Source: an uncultured Actinomycetes bacterium (GTDB taxonomy: Bacteria > Actinomycetota > Actinomycetes > Nanopelagicales > Nanopelagicaceae). Taken from it: a stretch of DNA of 64,000 bases. Where the stretch lies: positions 5,988 to 69,987 of the forward strand of contig CAINRW010000104.1 of NCBI GenBank assembly GCA_903852815.1, read 5' to 3'. The notes under the pieces are model-generated. The model did not search any database and had not been told where the DNA came from. It worked only from the letters and a program-made list of their open reading frames with translations. Below, piece by piece: positions 18,758 to 28,209 of the stretch (positions within the stretch are counted from its first letter, which is position 1; each line of letters opens with the position of its first letter). A program made the translations under genes and the position numbers.

Positions 18758-21129
18758 ACATCCCCCAATAGAAAAGAAACCACTCCCCTGTCGATGCGCT
18801 TTATTGCATCCTTACAGACTGATCGTAAATTTTCACTTGCACCAGCAATTTGATTTAGTAAATCTATCAATTGTTTAGTTGAGCGGACAAAATCACCAAC
18901 TGACATATCGGTTCCTTTGAGAACACTATGAAGTGAATGTCCATTAGCCCATCGATAAGAAACTTGGCAAAAACCTGCATCAGGTTCACGTTGAGTTTTT
19001 ACACCGAAATCACTTTCGATTGCTTCTAATTGCGCCCACAAAGAAATTACATCGGCTAAAGCGTTCGAAACTCGAGCTGTAGGTAATTTAGGTGCAAGAT
19101 TCTCAGCTCCACGAGATTCGAAAATCATTGTTGAAACAATTGAGAGCAATTCTGGTGCATTTAAGTCATCGAGAATTCCACGTCGAATTGCCTCAGTAAG
19201 AAGTAAATCTGATTCGGCGTAAATCTTGGTAAGAATCTGTCCTTGTGCCGTTGGCTTTTCGCCTTCAATGTAATGTAAGTGATCTAACACCTGACAAATT
19301 TGGTCAAAAGTTTTTGCTATTACGTGTGTGCGACTTTCTACACGTGTACGCAGGCCATCATTTTCTCGACCCAGTCTTCCGGCGCGCTCAGCTAAGCGTG
19401 CATGATCTTCTCGCTCGTTACATCCATGACATGAATGATTGCGTAGCGATTTACGTAAATCCCCTAAGTCACCTTCTAATCTCGCCCGTTGTCTATTATC
19501 GAAAGTCTTTTTCTGATCGCGTTTAGAAAGCAGGACCTCTACTTCTTTTATCTCACGGCGAATTCTTGCGTACTCAGCAAAGTCTCCTAGATGACAAACG
19601 GCTTGAGAATTAAGTTCGCTAATCGCCGCTTCGTTCTTTTGAATTTGTCGGGATAGTCCGACAACCGCTCGGTCTGCTTGAAATTGAGCAAATGATGATT
19701 CTAAAGAACGACGAGCTCGTTCCTTTCCAAAACGTGCGATGAGATTGATTGACATGTTGTACGTCGGCGCAAAAGATGAACGCAATGGGTACGTACGCGT
19801 AGAAGCAAGCCCTGCAGCAGATGCAGAATCGACCGTTGGAGACCATTGAATGACGGCATTGCCTTCGATATCAATGCCACGACGTCCGGCACGCCCAGTC
19901 AATTGCGTATATTCACCAGGAGTTATTGGAACGTGTGCTTCACCGTTGTATTTAATGAGTTTTTCAAGCACCACAGTTCTAGCTGGCATATTTATACCTA
20001 ACGCCAAAGTTTCTGTAGCAAATACTGCTTTTACTAAACCACGTTGAAAGAGTTCTTCGACAGCCGATTTAAAACTTGGCAAGAGTCCGGCATGGTGTGC
20101 AGCAATTCCTCGCTCAAGTGCGGTGAGCCATTCATCAAAGCCCAAAACTTCCAAATCTTCTTCGGCAATATTTTGTGTATAGCGCCTAGCTACTTCTCTA
20201 ATTATCTGCCGCTCTTCGGTAGTTGTAAGTCGAATGCCCGAGTGAAGGCATTGCTTAACTGCCGCATCGCAGCCCACTCTCGAAAAAATAAAAGTAATTG
20301 CCGGCAACAGATTCTCACGCGAGAGTTTTTCAATAATATCTGCCCGAGTTAGGCGATCATGTGGCTCGTCGTATCTTCCACGGCGGTGGCGACTCATTGC
20401 CGCTTTTCGAACCGCTTCGCGTTCACGTTGAAGAATCTGCGGATTAATTTGCCCGGGTTTCTCGAAGAGATCCAGCAATCTGTTTCCAATAAGTACGTGC
20501 TGATAAAGCGGGATCGGCCTAATTTCGCTAACGATAACTTGTGTGTTTCCACGAACTTCTTCTAGCCATTCACCAAACTCTTCGGCATTGGAAACCGTTG
20601 CTGAAAGGGAAATTACTTGCACACTTTCCATAAGGTGAATGAGAACTTCTTCCCAAACAGCTCCGCGAAATTTATCGGCCAGGTAGTGCACTTCATCCAT
20701 AACGACGTAACCAAGATTAGTGAGGGTAGAAGAACCGGCGTACAACATATTTCGTAGCACTTCGGTAGTCATTACTAAAATATCAGCTTCACCGTTAATG
20801 CTTGTATCACCAGTGAGCAGGCCGACTCGATCTTCACCAAACTTGGCTACGAACTCAGAATATTTCTGGTTAGAAAGCGCTTTGATGGGAGTTGTATAGA
20901 AACACTTCTTGCCGAGTTTTATTGCTAAATGCGCGGCGAACTCACCCACAACTGTCTTGCCAGCTCCGGTAGGTGCAGCAACTAGGACACCACTTCCCTG
21001 TTCCACCGCGTGACAAGCAGCAATTTGAAAGGGATCAAATTCAAAATCAAAACTTTGAACAAATTCTGTAGTTTCATTAAATTTTGAACGTAATTTGGCT
21101 GCAGCAAATCTTTCTGCGGGAGTTGTCAT
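18754..21129 (-). CDS. helY: Ski2-like DEAD/DEAH-box RNA helicase HelY
   Basis: APTGAGKT, PIKALSNQK, MDEVH, LSAT, QLTGRAGRRG; DSHCT-type C-terminus; follows tatC locus. Confidence 0.9.
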   Translation of the reverse strand: MTTPAERFAAAKLRSKFNETTEFVQSFDFEFDPFQIAACHAVEQGSGVLVAAPTGAGKTVVGEFAAHLAIKLGKKCFYTTPIKALSNQKYSEFVAKFGEDRVGLLTGDTSINGEADILVMTTEVLRNMLYAGSSTLTNLGYVVMDEVHYLADKFRGAVWEEVLIHLMESVQVISLSATVSNAEEFGEWLEEVRGNTQVIVSEIRPIPLYQHVLIGNRLLDLFEKPGQINPQILQREREAVRKAAMSRHRRGRYDEPHDRLTRADIIEKLSRENLLPAITFIFSRVGCDAAVKQCLHSGIRLTTTEERQIIREVARRYTQNIAEEDLEVLGFDEWLTALERGIAAHHAGLLPSFKSAVEELFQRGLVKAVFATETLALGINMPARTVVLEKLIKYNGEAHVPITPGEYTQLTGRAGRRGIDIEGNAVIQWSPTVDSASAAGLASTRTYPLRSSFAPTYNMSINLIARFGKERARRSLESSFAQFQADRAVVGLSRQIQKNEAAISELNSQAVCHLGDFAEYARIRREIKEVEVLLSKRDQKKTFDNRQRARLEGDLGDLRKSLRNHSCHGCNEREDHARLAERAGRLGRENDGLRTRVESRTHVIAKTFDQICQVLDHLHYIEGEKPTAQGQILTKIYAESDLLLTEAIRRGILDDLNAPELLSIVSTMIFESRGAENLAPKLPTARVSNALADVISLWAQLEAIESDFGVKTQREPDAGFCQVSYRWANGHSLHSVLKGTDMSVGDFVRSTKQLIDLLNQIAGASENLRSVCKDAIKRIDRGVVSFLLGDV

Positions 21130-21995
21130 GGTAACCAGGTCAATAATGCACCTGAAATACACTCGGCAGAGATTGGTAACTGCCCAACCCGTTCTCCATC
21201 AGCATATGCAACTGCCTTGGCACTTATAGAGACTTTCCTGCTCCGAACAATTTCAACTGCAGGGTGAGAAATATGTGTTCCTTTAAATACTCGAGGAAAA
21301 ACTTTAATAAACTCAATTTTCGATATTGGATGTAACACCATTACATCAAATAATCCATCGTTTATCTCAGCTTGTGGGCAGACCAGCATTCCCCCGCCGT
21401 AAGAGCGACCATTTGAAACTGCAATCAGCATGGCCTCGGTGGAAATTATTCTGTCATCTAATTCAATTTCATAATGTCTAGGTTTAAAACGGGGCAATTC
21501 AATTGCAATTGCAACGTTGTATTTATTTGGGCCTTTTGGCCAAGACATAGTGTTAGCTTTTTCATTCACGATTGAATCGAAACCTGTTGATAAAATCGCT
21601 CCAAACCATTCGCCATCAACTAAACCTAAATCTACTGGGACTGCTTCACGTGATAAGACAGCATCAAGTATGGAATCAATATCTGTTAGTGACCAACCAA
21701 GGGTACGAACAAAATCATTTCCTGTACCTGCAGGAATTACGGCCAAAGGAATTTGTGCAGGAACAACCTTCTGCAAAGTTAAATGAAATAACCCGTCGCC
21801 TCCAACGGCGATTACACCTTCGGTCGATGGATTTTTCTGTATAAAACGAATAAGGGCGTCACCTTGATCAATTGCATTCTTTCCAAGAATAATCTCGTAC
21901 GAGACTCCCCTGGTGGCCAAGTAACCAGCAACATATGTGCCTAAAGCAGCACCTTTACCTTGCCCTGATATCGGATTGATGACCACTGCCCACAT
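21126..21995 (-). CDS. Diacylglycerol kinase family lipid kinase
   Basis: INPISGQG, GGDG, PAGTGNDF, NGRSYGGG, YADGE. Confidence 0.9.
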   Translation of the reverse strand: MWAVVINPISGQGKGAALGTYVAGYLATRGVSYEIILGKNAIDQGDALIRFIQKNPSTEGVIAVGGDGLFHLTLQKVVPAQIPLAVIPAGTGNDFVRTLGWSLTDIDSILDAVLSREAVPVDLGLVDGEWFGAILSTGFDSIVNEKANTMSWPKGPNKYNVAIAIELPRFKPRHYEIELDDRIISTEAMLIAVSNGRSYGGGMLVCPQAEINDGLFDVMVLHPISKIEFIKVFPRVFKGTHISHPAVEIVRSRKVSISAKAVAYADGERVGQLPISAECISGALLTWLP

Positions 21996-22012
21996 GAGCC
22001 GACCTTATCGAA

Positions 22013-22828
22013 TTATTCCTCGATAGGTGTCGGGGCATCGATGGCCGAAGAGTTAGCTTCAATCCGTTCGCTGCGTTTATCGCGGCGTTTATCGACAAGA
22101 AGGGCGATTCCACCGGCCATGAAGTAGAGAATCATCAGAGGGACTGCCAAAAGCATCATTGTCAGAGGATCACCGGTTGGGGTGAATGCGGCAGTAAAGA
22201 GAGTGATTGCAAAAAGCCAGATTCTCCAGGGGCGCAGAATAGTAGTTCCTCGAAGGAAGCCAATTAAATTAAATGTCACCAGGAAAATGGGAAGTTCGAA
22301 AGCGAGTCCGAAGAGCAAAATGATTCGCATTACGAAATCTAGGTAATCATCAAATTTTACTAAGTTCGAAAGAGAGTTAGGTGTGAATCCGAAAAGGACT
22401 TTAATAGCAACGGGCAAAATTAAATATCCCAAGGTTGCACCAATTGCAAAAAACGGTGTCGCCGATGCTAAAAATAGAATTGAATACTTTTTTTCCTTCT
22501 TGTGTAAACCCGGAGCAATAAAAGCCCACAATTGATAGAGCCAGTACGGAGCTGCAAGAATTACTCCCGAGAGCAACGCAACCTTGATTTGTAGATTTAG
22601 TGGCCCTAAAACACCGTTGATATAGAGCGAACCACAGTGAGTTGCACCAGATTTTTGTGCAGCAGATAAATCACATACAGGTTTTGCAAGGGTGGTAATT
22701 ATTGGATTATATGTAAACCAACCAAAACCTGAGGCGAGAAAAATCGCAAGAGATGCACGAACTACTCTCTTACGAAGCTCTCGCAGGTGATCGAGTAATG
22801 GCATCCTTGCGTCTTTGATAGACGCCAC
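22013..22828 (-). CDS. tatC: Twin-arginine translocase subunit TatC
   Basis: MPLLDHLRELR, YQLWAFIAPGL, FGLAFELP, TPTGDP. Confidence 0.96.
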   Translation of the reverse strand: MASIKDARMPLLDHLRELRKRVVRASLAIFLASGFGWFTYNPIITTLAKPVCDLSAAQKSGATHCGSLYINGVLGPLNLQIKVALLSGVILAAPYWLYQLWAFIAPGLHKKEKKYSILFLASATPFFAIGATLGYLILPVAIKVLFGFTPNSLSNLVKFDDYLDFVMRIILLFGLAFELPIFLVTFNLIGFLRGTTILRPWRIWLFAITLFTAAFTPTGDPLTMMLLAVPLMILYFMAGGIALLVDKRRDKRSERIEANSSAIDAPTPIEE

Positions 22829-22834
22829 CGAAGA

Positions 22835-23020
22835 TTACTTCTCTGGAGGTGTTTGGCCGTCAGCCTTTTTTTCTTCGGCTGTCATTTCTTTCATTTCACT
22901 TTTGAAAATACGCATTGAACGACCGAGAGATCGAGCTGAGTCAGGAAGTCGCTTAGCACCAAAAAGTACAAGGACGACGATAAGAAGAATCAAGATATGG
23001 CTTGGTTCGCGTAAGAACAT
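22835..23020 (-). CDS. tatA: Twin-arginine translocase subunit TatA
   Basis: TM helix then [22 protein letters not shown]. Confidence 0.94.
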   Translation of the reverse strand: MFLREPSHILILLIVVLVLFGAKRLPDSARSLGRSMRIFKSEMKEMTAEEKKADGQTPPEK

Positions 23021-23083
23021 CAAAAACTCCCTGCGTTTGGAAATGTCTAGGTGAGAAGATTACCTCAGTTGGCGCAAAAAGCG

Positions 23084-24013
23084 CTAGGAGCGTTCGTTGG
23101 AAGCGTATTGAGCCATGATTTCCTGCGCCTTGCTAACTACTTTTAATCTAATTTCCTCAGGCTCGATAATTTCGACGCTTCCAGAGCTGGCGATAATGCT
23201 CCTTAGAATCCACTGCGCCGAGTAAGAACTAAGTGAATTACCTGTTTCCACAATCGATTCCTCAATATAGAAACGCTCCTTCATGGCCCGCAAGCGATTG
23301 TGGATTTTCACCGTGAAATGTAGGAATTTTTCATCCTGATAACTAGCCTCGGCTTTGACATCCAGGGTTTTCTCTACGTTCTCGACTTTGCCAATTCGAT
23401 CCACTCTGAAAGTTCTAAACGCTTGAGAAGTTACACAGTACGCAAAAAGATATTCCACCCCGCCATCAATGCGCAGTTCCAGCGGAGAAATCGTGCGAAC
23501 CGAGTATTGATCTGAATAAAGGGAGTGATATTCGCAAGTTAACAACCCCTTGGTATCGATTGCTTTCTCGATTGCAGCCCGGATGACTCCAGATACAGGG
23601 TTGCTTGCGCGAAGGCGAGATTGAATATCTGATTTTTCCGATAATCGCGCTACTAATTTCTCAATGCTCTTTTGTAACTCCTGATTATCTTTCACTGAAT
23701 CTCGGACAAGATCTAAACCAAATAGCAAAGAGATTATCTCTTCAAAAGTTAACGAGCGAGGAGCTTTCAACGTGGGTGCATTTTGAATTGTTACATATCC
23801 AGATTCAAAAGATAGATCCATGAGTTCTAGAGGCGTATAGCCGGGAAGTCCGCACATCCACAGTGTTGTTAAATCATTATTAATCTGGGAGGCAGTTACG
23901 CCGAAGATCTCTGAAAGTTCCTTGATACTGACGCCCTGATGCGCGCTTATGTAAGGCACTAAAGCAAGAAGTCTTTCAGTTGCGATTAAGGGCAATGCTT
24001 TATTTTTAACCAT
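23084..24013 (-). CDS. pafC: WYL-domain transcriptional regulator PafC
   Basis: RLLALVPY, LWMCGLPGY..LM, YLFAYC, RTFRVDRI; directly after pafB and before tatA. Confidence 0.88.
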   Translation of the reverse strand: MVKNKALPLIATERLLALVPYISAHQGVSIKELSEIFGVTASQINNDLTTLWMCGLPGYTPLELMDLSFESGYVTIQNAPTLKAPRSLTFEEIISLLFGLDLVRDSVKDNQELQKSIEKLVARLSEKSDIQSRLRASNPVSGVIRAAIEKAIDTKGLLTCEYHSLYSDQYSVRTISPLELRIDGGVEYLFAYCVTSQAFRTFRVDRIGKVENVEKTLDVKAEASYQDEKFLHFTVKIHNRLRAMKERFYIEESIVETGNSLSSYSAQWILRSIIASSGSVEIIEPEEIRLKVVSKAQEIMAQYASNERS

Positions 24014-24947
24014 GCATATCAAGAATTTCGTTTAACGAACTGATAATGGAATCTCTTAAAGCTTGTGGCTCCAACACGACCGCGTCGTCAAGATGCCACA
24101 AAACTAAATCAATAAAAGAAGACTCATCAAAATATTCACAGGTGATTCGATCCCACTCGCCCAACTGTTCAACCGCAGTTGCCATTTTTCGCAACTCAAA
24201 AGCTTTACCTTGACGAACTTCAAGAACTGCAGTTGATATACGCATGTCTTGTTCAAAATTCTTCAACAAATCAAAACCTTCAGGGATTTCATAGGCGAGT
24301 GCGGTCGCATCAACTTCTATCTGTCCATGAACGCGATCAAATCTAAATGTTCGAAGTTCGGATTTAGAGGTATCCATTCCGGTGAAATACCAATGGCCGC
24401 CCCGTGATGCCACGGCATACGGTTGTACGGTTCTGATTTCAACAATCAACTCTTTGTTTGTATAAGAAAATTTGATGGAACGTCTTTCGGCTATTGCTTC
24501 CAAAACGACCGTCAATTCCTCTGATGACCAAGCCATGCGTGGTGCCAAAGTAGGAATTGAATCCACATCGGAGTTAATTCCAATTGAGTTCAACTTTACT
24601 AATGCCGAATGTGCAGCGGAATTGAGGGCTTGTCCATGCCAGGCTTGCGCCGCCATTGATAGCAGCGCAATATCGATTCCATCTAAATCGCCAAGATTGA
24701 GTGAATAAGATTCGGGCTTTATGCGATAGCCCGCCTCGTCATTAAAGAGTGGATCTAAACCACCGACTTCAATCTCAATTCCAAGTGAGCGCAAATCATC
24801 TTTATCGCGTTCAAACATTCTTTCTTTTGATTCTTCACTACCTTCGTAGCCTTCAATATTTCTAAAAATTTCGCTCTTGGTGAGAAAGCGTTTGGTGGCT
24901 AAAAGAGCGATAGTTAAATTAACTAATCGCTCACTCTTCCGCGACAC
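24006..24947 (-). CDS. pafB: WYL-domain transcriptional regulator PafB
   Basis: SERLVNLTIALL, RMFERDKDDLR.LG, HWYFTG, RTFRFDR; GTG start at 24947. Confidence 0.88.
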   Translation of the reverse strand: MSRKSERLVNLTIALLATKRFLTKSEIFRNIEGYEGSEESKERMFERDKDDLRSLGIEIEVGGLDPLFNDEAGYRIKPESYSLNLGDLDGIDIALLSMAAQAWHGQALNSAAHSALVKLNSIGINSDVDSIPTLAPRMAWSSEELTVVLEAIAERRSIKFSYTNKELIVEIRTVQPYAVASRGGHWYFTGMDTSKSELRTFRFDRVHGQIEVDATALAYEIPEGFDLLKNFEQDMRISTAVLEVRQGKAFELRKMATAVEQLGEWDRITCEYFDESSFIDLVLWHLDDAVVLEPQALRDSIISSLNEILDMHG

Positions 24948-25782
24948 CGTAAGCACCTTTCGATGGTCTGCGGCGTCTGGCAAGCACTTCTACACCAGGA
25001 GCCATTCGGCGACTTTGGATTAAGAATCCTGTGTGGCCGATCATTCTCTGTTGAGGCCTAACTGCAAGACCTTCATGGTGCCAACCGCGCACAAGAGTTT
25101 CGCTGCTTTCGGGTTCTGTAAATCGACCATCATTCTTTATCGCTTCTGCAGTGGCAGATAGTTGTGTAGTAGTTGCAACATACGACATAAAAACTCCACC
25201 TGGTCGCAGCGATTTAGCTGCAATTTCAACACACTCCCATGGTGCCAACATGTCAAGAATGACTCGATCAAAGTGTGAATCTAATTCTTTGTCCTGCAGA
25301 TCCCCCACAGTTAAATCCCAATTAGTTGGAGCTTCTGCGAAGTAATTCTCAATATTCCCCCGTGCATTGTCGGCAAAGTCGGCACGTCTTTCAACTGAAT
25401 GAACATATCCGGTTGGTCCAACTGCACGAAGTAGAGAAATCGTTAGGGCACCACTTCCAACTCCAGCTTCGAGAACTCGAGCACCTGGAAATACATCTGC
25501 CAGACCAATAATCATGGCGGCATCTTTCGGATAAACAATTGTTGCACCGCGTGGCATTGTTAAAACGTAGTCAGCAAGCAAAGGTTTAAAGGCGGTAAAT
25601 TTTAATCCGGCAGTTGTACTAACAACTGATCCTTCTGGCATTCCAATAAGGTCATCATGCGTAATCCACCCCTTATGGGTATGCCATTCTTTTCCGGCAA
25701 CGATGGTGAAGCTATACAACTTACCCTTTGGATCGGTCAATTGAATGCGATCGCCTGCAGCAAAGAATCCGTTATTCGACAC
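24931..25782 (-). CDS. trmI: tRNA (adenine-58-N1)-methyltransferase TrmI
   Basis: MPRGATIVYPKD, LEAGVGSGAL, LDMLAPWE, IGHTGFL. Confidence 0.94.
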   Translation of the reverse strand: MSNNGFFAAGDRIQLTDPKGKLYSFTIVAGKEWHTHKGWITHDDLIGMPEGSVVSTTAGLKFTAFKPLLADYVLTMPRGATIVYPKDAAMIIGLADVFPGARVLEAGVGSGALTISLLRAVGPTGYVHSVERRADFADNARGNIENYFAEAPTNWDLTVGDLQDKELDSHFDRVILDMLAPWECVEIAAKSLRPGGVFMSYVATTTQLSATAEAIKNDGRFTEPESSETLVRGWHHEGLAVRPQQRMIGHTGFLIQSRRMAPGVEVLARRRRPSKGAYGVAEE

Positions 25783-25833
25783 AGCGGTATCTTAGGTCAA
25801 ATATTGGAGCAAAGTGCGGGTATGTTGTCACTC

Positions 25834-26598
25834 GTGAGTGAATCAGAGGTCTTACGACTCTCCCCCAGTCGTATCAGCGATTATGAAAACTGTCCTCAAC
25901 TCTACAAATATCGGGTCATCGATCGACTTCCTCAACCTCCTTCGCTGGATGCAGAACGGGGAACTTTGGTGCACTCAGTTCTACATGAACTTTTTGAGAG
26001 TCCCAGAAATGAGAGAACTCCGTTTAAAACTGCCGAAATCTTGCCGAGTGCATGGAAGTCGCAGCTAGAAAATAAACCTGAACTTCAAGAAATGATCACG
26101 AGTGAAAAAGAGTGGCTAGATAGAGCGCAATCACTGCTTGATACCTATTTTAATATTGAAAATCCGACAGAGTTTGAAGCAACACATAGAGAAATTCATC
26201 TGGAAAATGACTTTGCTCAAGATGTTTATCTGCATGGTTACGTAGATCGACTTGATATAGCACCGACGGGTGAAGTAAGAATAATTGATTACAAAACAGG
26301 AAAATCACCGAAACCTGGATGGGAAGAAAAAGCGTTTTTTCAACTTCGCGTTTATGCATTTCTATATTTTCGCTCATCCGGCGTATTGCCTAAGTTATTG
26401 CGATTGATCTATCTTGGTGATGGTAGAAAAGTTGAACGACCTGTAAATTCAAGCGATCTTATTTCAGTAGAAAAGACGCTTAATCGTGTTGCCGCAGATA
26501 TAAACAACTCGATTTCACAGGAAAACTGGCCAGCTAAACCATCTCGATTGTGTGATTGGTGCTATTTCAAAAATATTTGTCCAGCACACGTGGACTAA
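25834..26598 (+). CDS. RecB-family PD-(D/E)xK exonuclease with Fe-S cysteine motif
   Basis: LSPSRISDYENCP, GYVDRLD, IIDYKTGK, QLRVY, LCDWCYFKNICP; GTG start after TATGTT. Confidence 0.88.
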   Translation: MSESEVLRLSPSRISDYENCPQLYKYRVIDRLPQPPSLDAERGTLVHSVLHELFESPRNERTPFKTAEILPSAWKSQLENKPELQEMITSEKEWLDRAQSLLDTYFNIENPTEFEATHREIHLENDFAQDVYLHGYVDRLDIAPTGEVRIIDYKTGKSPKPGWEEKAFFQLRVYAFLYFRSSGVLPKLLRLIYLGDGRKVERPVNSSDLISVEKTLNRVAADINNSISQENWPAKPSRLCDWCYFKNICPAHVD

Positions 26599-27266
26599 AT
26601 CTGCGTAGCGAAATCTTGATGCAGTTCTACAAGCTTTGAATAACTCATTTGTTCTAGCGATTTAATCGAACGGACTCGGGCGCTTTCTTCAACAACTACC
26701 AAGTGAGGTACAGCTATTAGCCACGCCCCAGAACTTGTTGCAGCAGCGACGCCAGTGAGGGAATCTTCGAAAATCAAACAATTGCTAATAGCGCTATTGG
26801 TAACTTCGGCCGCTTTTAAGTATGCATCTGGAAAAGGTTTAGTTCGCACCACATCATCACTGGAGATTGAAAAAGGAAATAGCTCGCTACCTATGTTGCT
26901 CAAGACTGCGTCAACGATGATCCGTGGGCTGGCTGAGACTAGACCTGTCTTCACTCCGTTGTTCTGAAGATCTTTCACAAATTCAAAGGCACCCGGCATG
27001 AGTGGGGTTTCTCCGCGCATCTTTTCGGCTTGTAGATTGATCAACTGCGAGGTGAAAAACTCTGGTGATTCTGCAAAATTACATTTTTCATGCATGTACT
27101 CACCGACCCGGGTTAAAGGCCCCCCAAGGCATGCGATTTGATCCTCTTGAGTCCAGATGTAGCCGTATGAAGCCGTCAACTCGCTTTCAGAAAGTAGCCA
27201 CTGAGGCTCAGAGTCAATCATTAACCCATCCATGTCGAAGAAGACCGAATCAAAAAACTTAGTCAC
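26595..27266 (-). CDS. HAD-family phosphatase
   Basis: FDMDGLMIDSE, VSAS, KPFPDAY, FEDSLTG. Confidence 0.92.
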   Translation of the reverse strand: MTKFFDSVFFDMDGLMIDSEPQWLLSESELTASYGYIWTQEDQIACLGGPLTRVGEYMHEKCNFAESPEFFTSQLINLQAEKMRGETPLMPGAFEFVKDLQNNGVKTGLVSASPRIIVDAVLSNIGSELFPFSISSDDVVRTKPFPDAYLKAAEVTNSAISNCLIFEDSLTGVAAATSSGAWLIAVPHLVVVEESARVRSIKSLEQMSYSKLVELHQDFATQI

Positions 27267-27275
27267 TTTTCTCCT

Positions 27276-27302
27276 TGGCTTGCGAACTGGCTTGCGAACT
27301 GG
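27276..27302. repeat. 12-bp tandem duplication (TGGCTTGCGAAC x2 + TGG)
   Basis: Directly visible in the HAD/PAC2 divergent intergenic region. Confidence 0.85.
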
Positions 27303-27345
27303 ATTAGGGATTGGATTTGGGGAAGATTACCCTAAGGTTTCACTT

Positions 27346-28209
27346 ATGGAGATTTTCAACATTCCTTCCCTGCGAAACCCCGTGATGATTCTTGCCTTCG
27401 AAGGTTGGAATGATGCAGGTGAAGCAGCTTCCGGTGCAATCGAACAGCTATTGGCACAAGAACAATCTCAGAATGAAGATACAAATCTCCAACTCATTGC
27501 ACGAATTGAGTCAGAAGAGTTCTATGATTTTCAGGTCAACCGCCCGTATATCAATGTTGATGATTTCTTGGTGCGAGAATTAACGTGGCCAACAACAGAT
27601 ATTTATGCAATGACACTTTCCCATCAGGAACGTGATCTCATCATCGTAAAAGGTGATGAACCCTCCATGAGATGGAGAACTTTCACAAGCGAACTACTTG
27701 ATCTAGCCGATGATTTAGAAGTCTCTCTTGTTCTTTCATTAGGTTCACTTCTCGCAGATGTTCCACACTCAAGACCAATAAGTGTCAACGTTACCGCTGC
27801 ACATCCAGCAATTGCTTCTCGATTAGGTGTTGAGAATTCAACATATGAAGGTCCGACAGGAATTCTCGGAGTAATTTCAGATGCTTGCGTAAGGCGAGGT
27901 ATCGATGCTGTTTCTATGTGGGCAGCAGTTCCCCATTACGCATCAGGTGCACCTTCACCAAAATCTTCTCTCGCACTTATTAATGCATTAGAAGATTTTC
28001 TTGATATCTCAGTTGAGTATTCCGATCTTGCCACTGCCGCAGAGGAGTGGGAATCAGAAGTAAGCGAAATGGCACGTGAGGACTCTGATGTTGCAGCTTA
28101 TGTTAAAGCCCTAGAGGAATCTAAAGATGCCGCCGAATTGCCTTCTGTTTCGGGTGAAAGTATTGCTAAAGAATTCGAAAGATATTTAAGAAGGCGACAA
28201 CAGGACTAA
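27346..28209 (+). CDS. PAC2-family protein (proteasome assembly chaperone-like)
   Basis: AFEGWNDAGEAAS, YDFQVNRP, EPSMRW, LLADVPHSRP, WAAVPHY, FERYLRRR. Confidence 0.9.
   Translation: MEIFNIPSLRNPVMILAFEGWNDAGEAASGAIEQLLAQEQSQNEDTNLQLIARIESEEFYDFQVNRPYINVDDFLVRELTWPTTDIYAMTLSHQERDLIIVKGDEPSMRWRTFTSELLDLADDLEVSLVLSLGSLLADVPHSRPISVNVTAAHPAIASRLGVENSTYEGPTGILGVISDACVRRGIDAVSMWAAVPHYASGAPSPKSSLALINALEDFLDISVEYSDLATAAEEWESEVSEMAREDSDVAAYVKALEESKDAAELPSVSGESIAKEFERYLRRRQQD

Noticed and set aside
25834-26598. Cas4-like nuclease as evidence of CRISPR or a defence system
   Set aside because: It is the stand-alone RecB-family gene normally found next to trmI in actinobacteria; there is no array or cas1/cas2.
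25657-27345. Long N-terminal extensions in ORF calls (25657, 27232, and similarly 13527, 62396, 40542)
   Set aside because: They overlap neighbouring genes or promoters; better starts have a leaderless -10 or an SD and match family N-termini.
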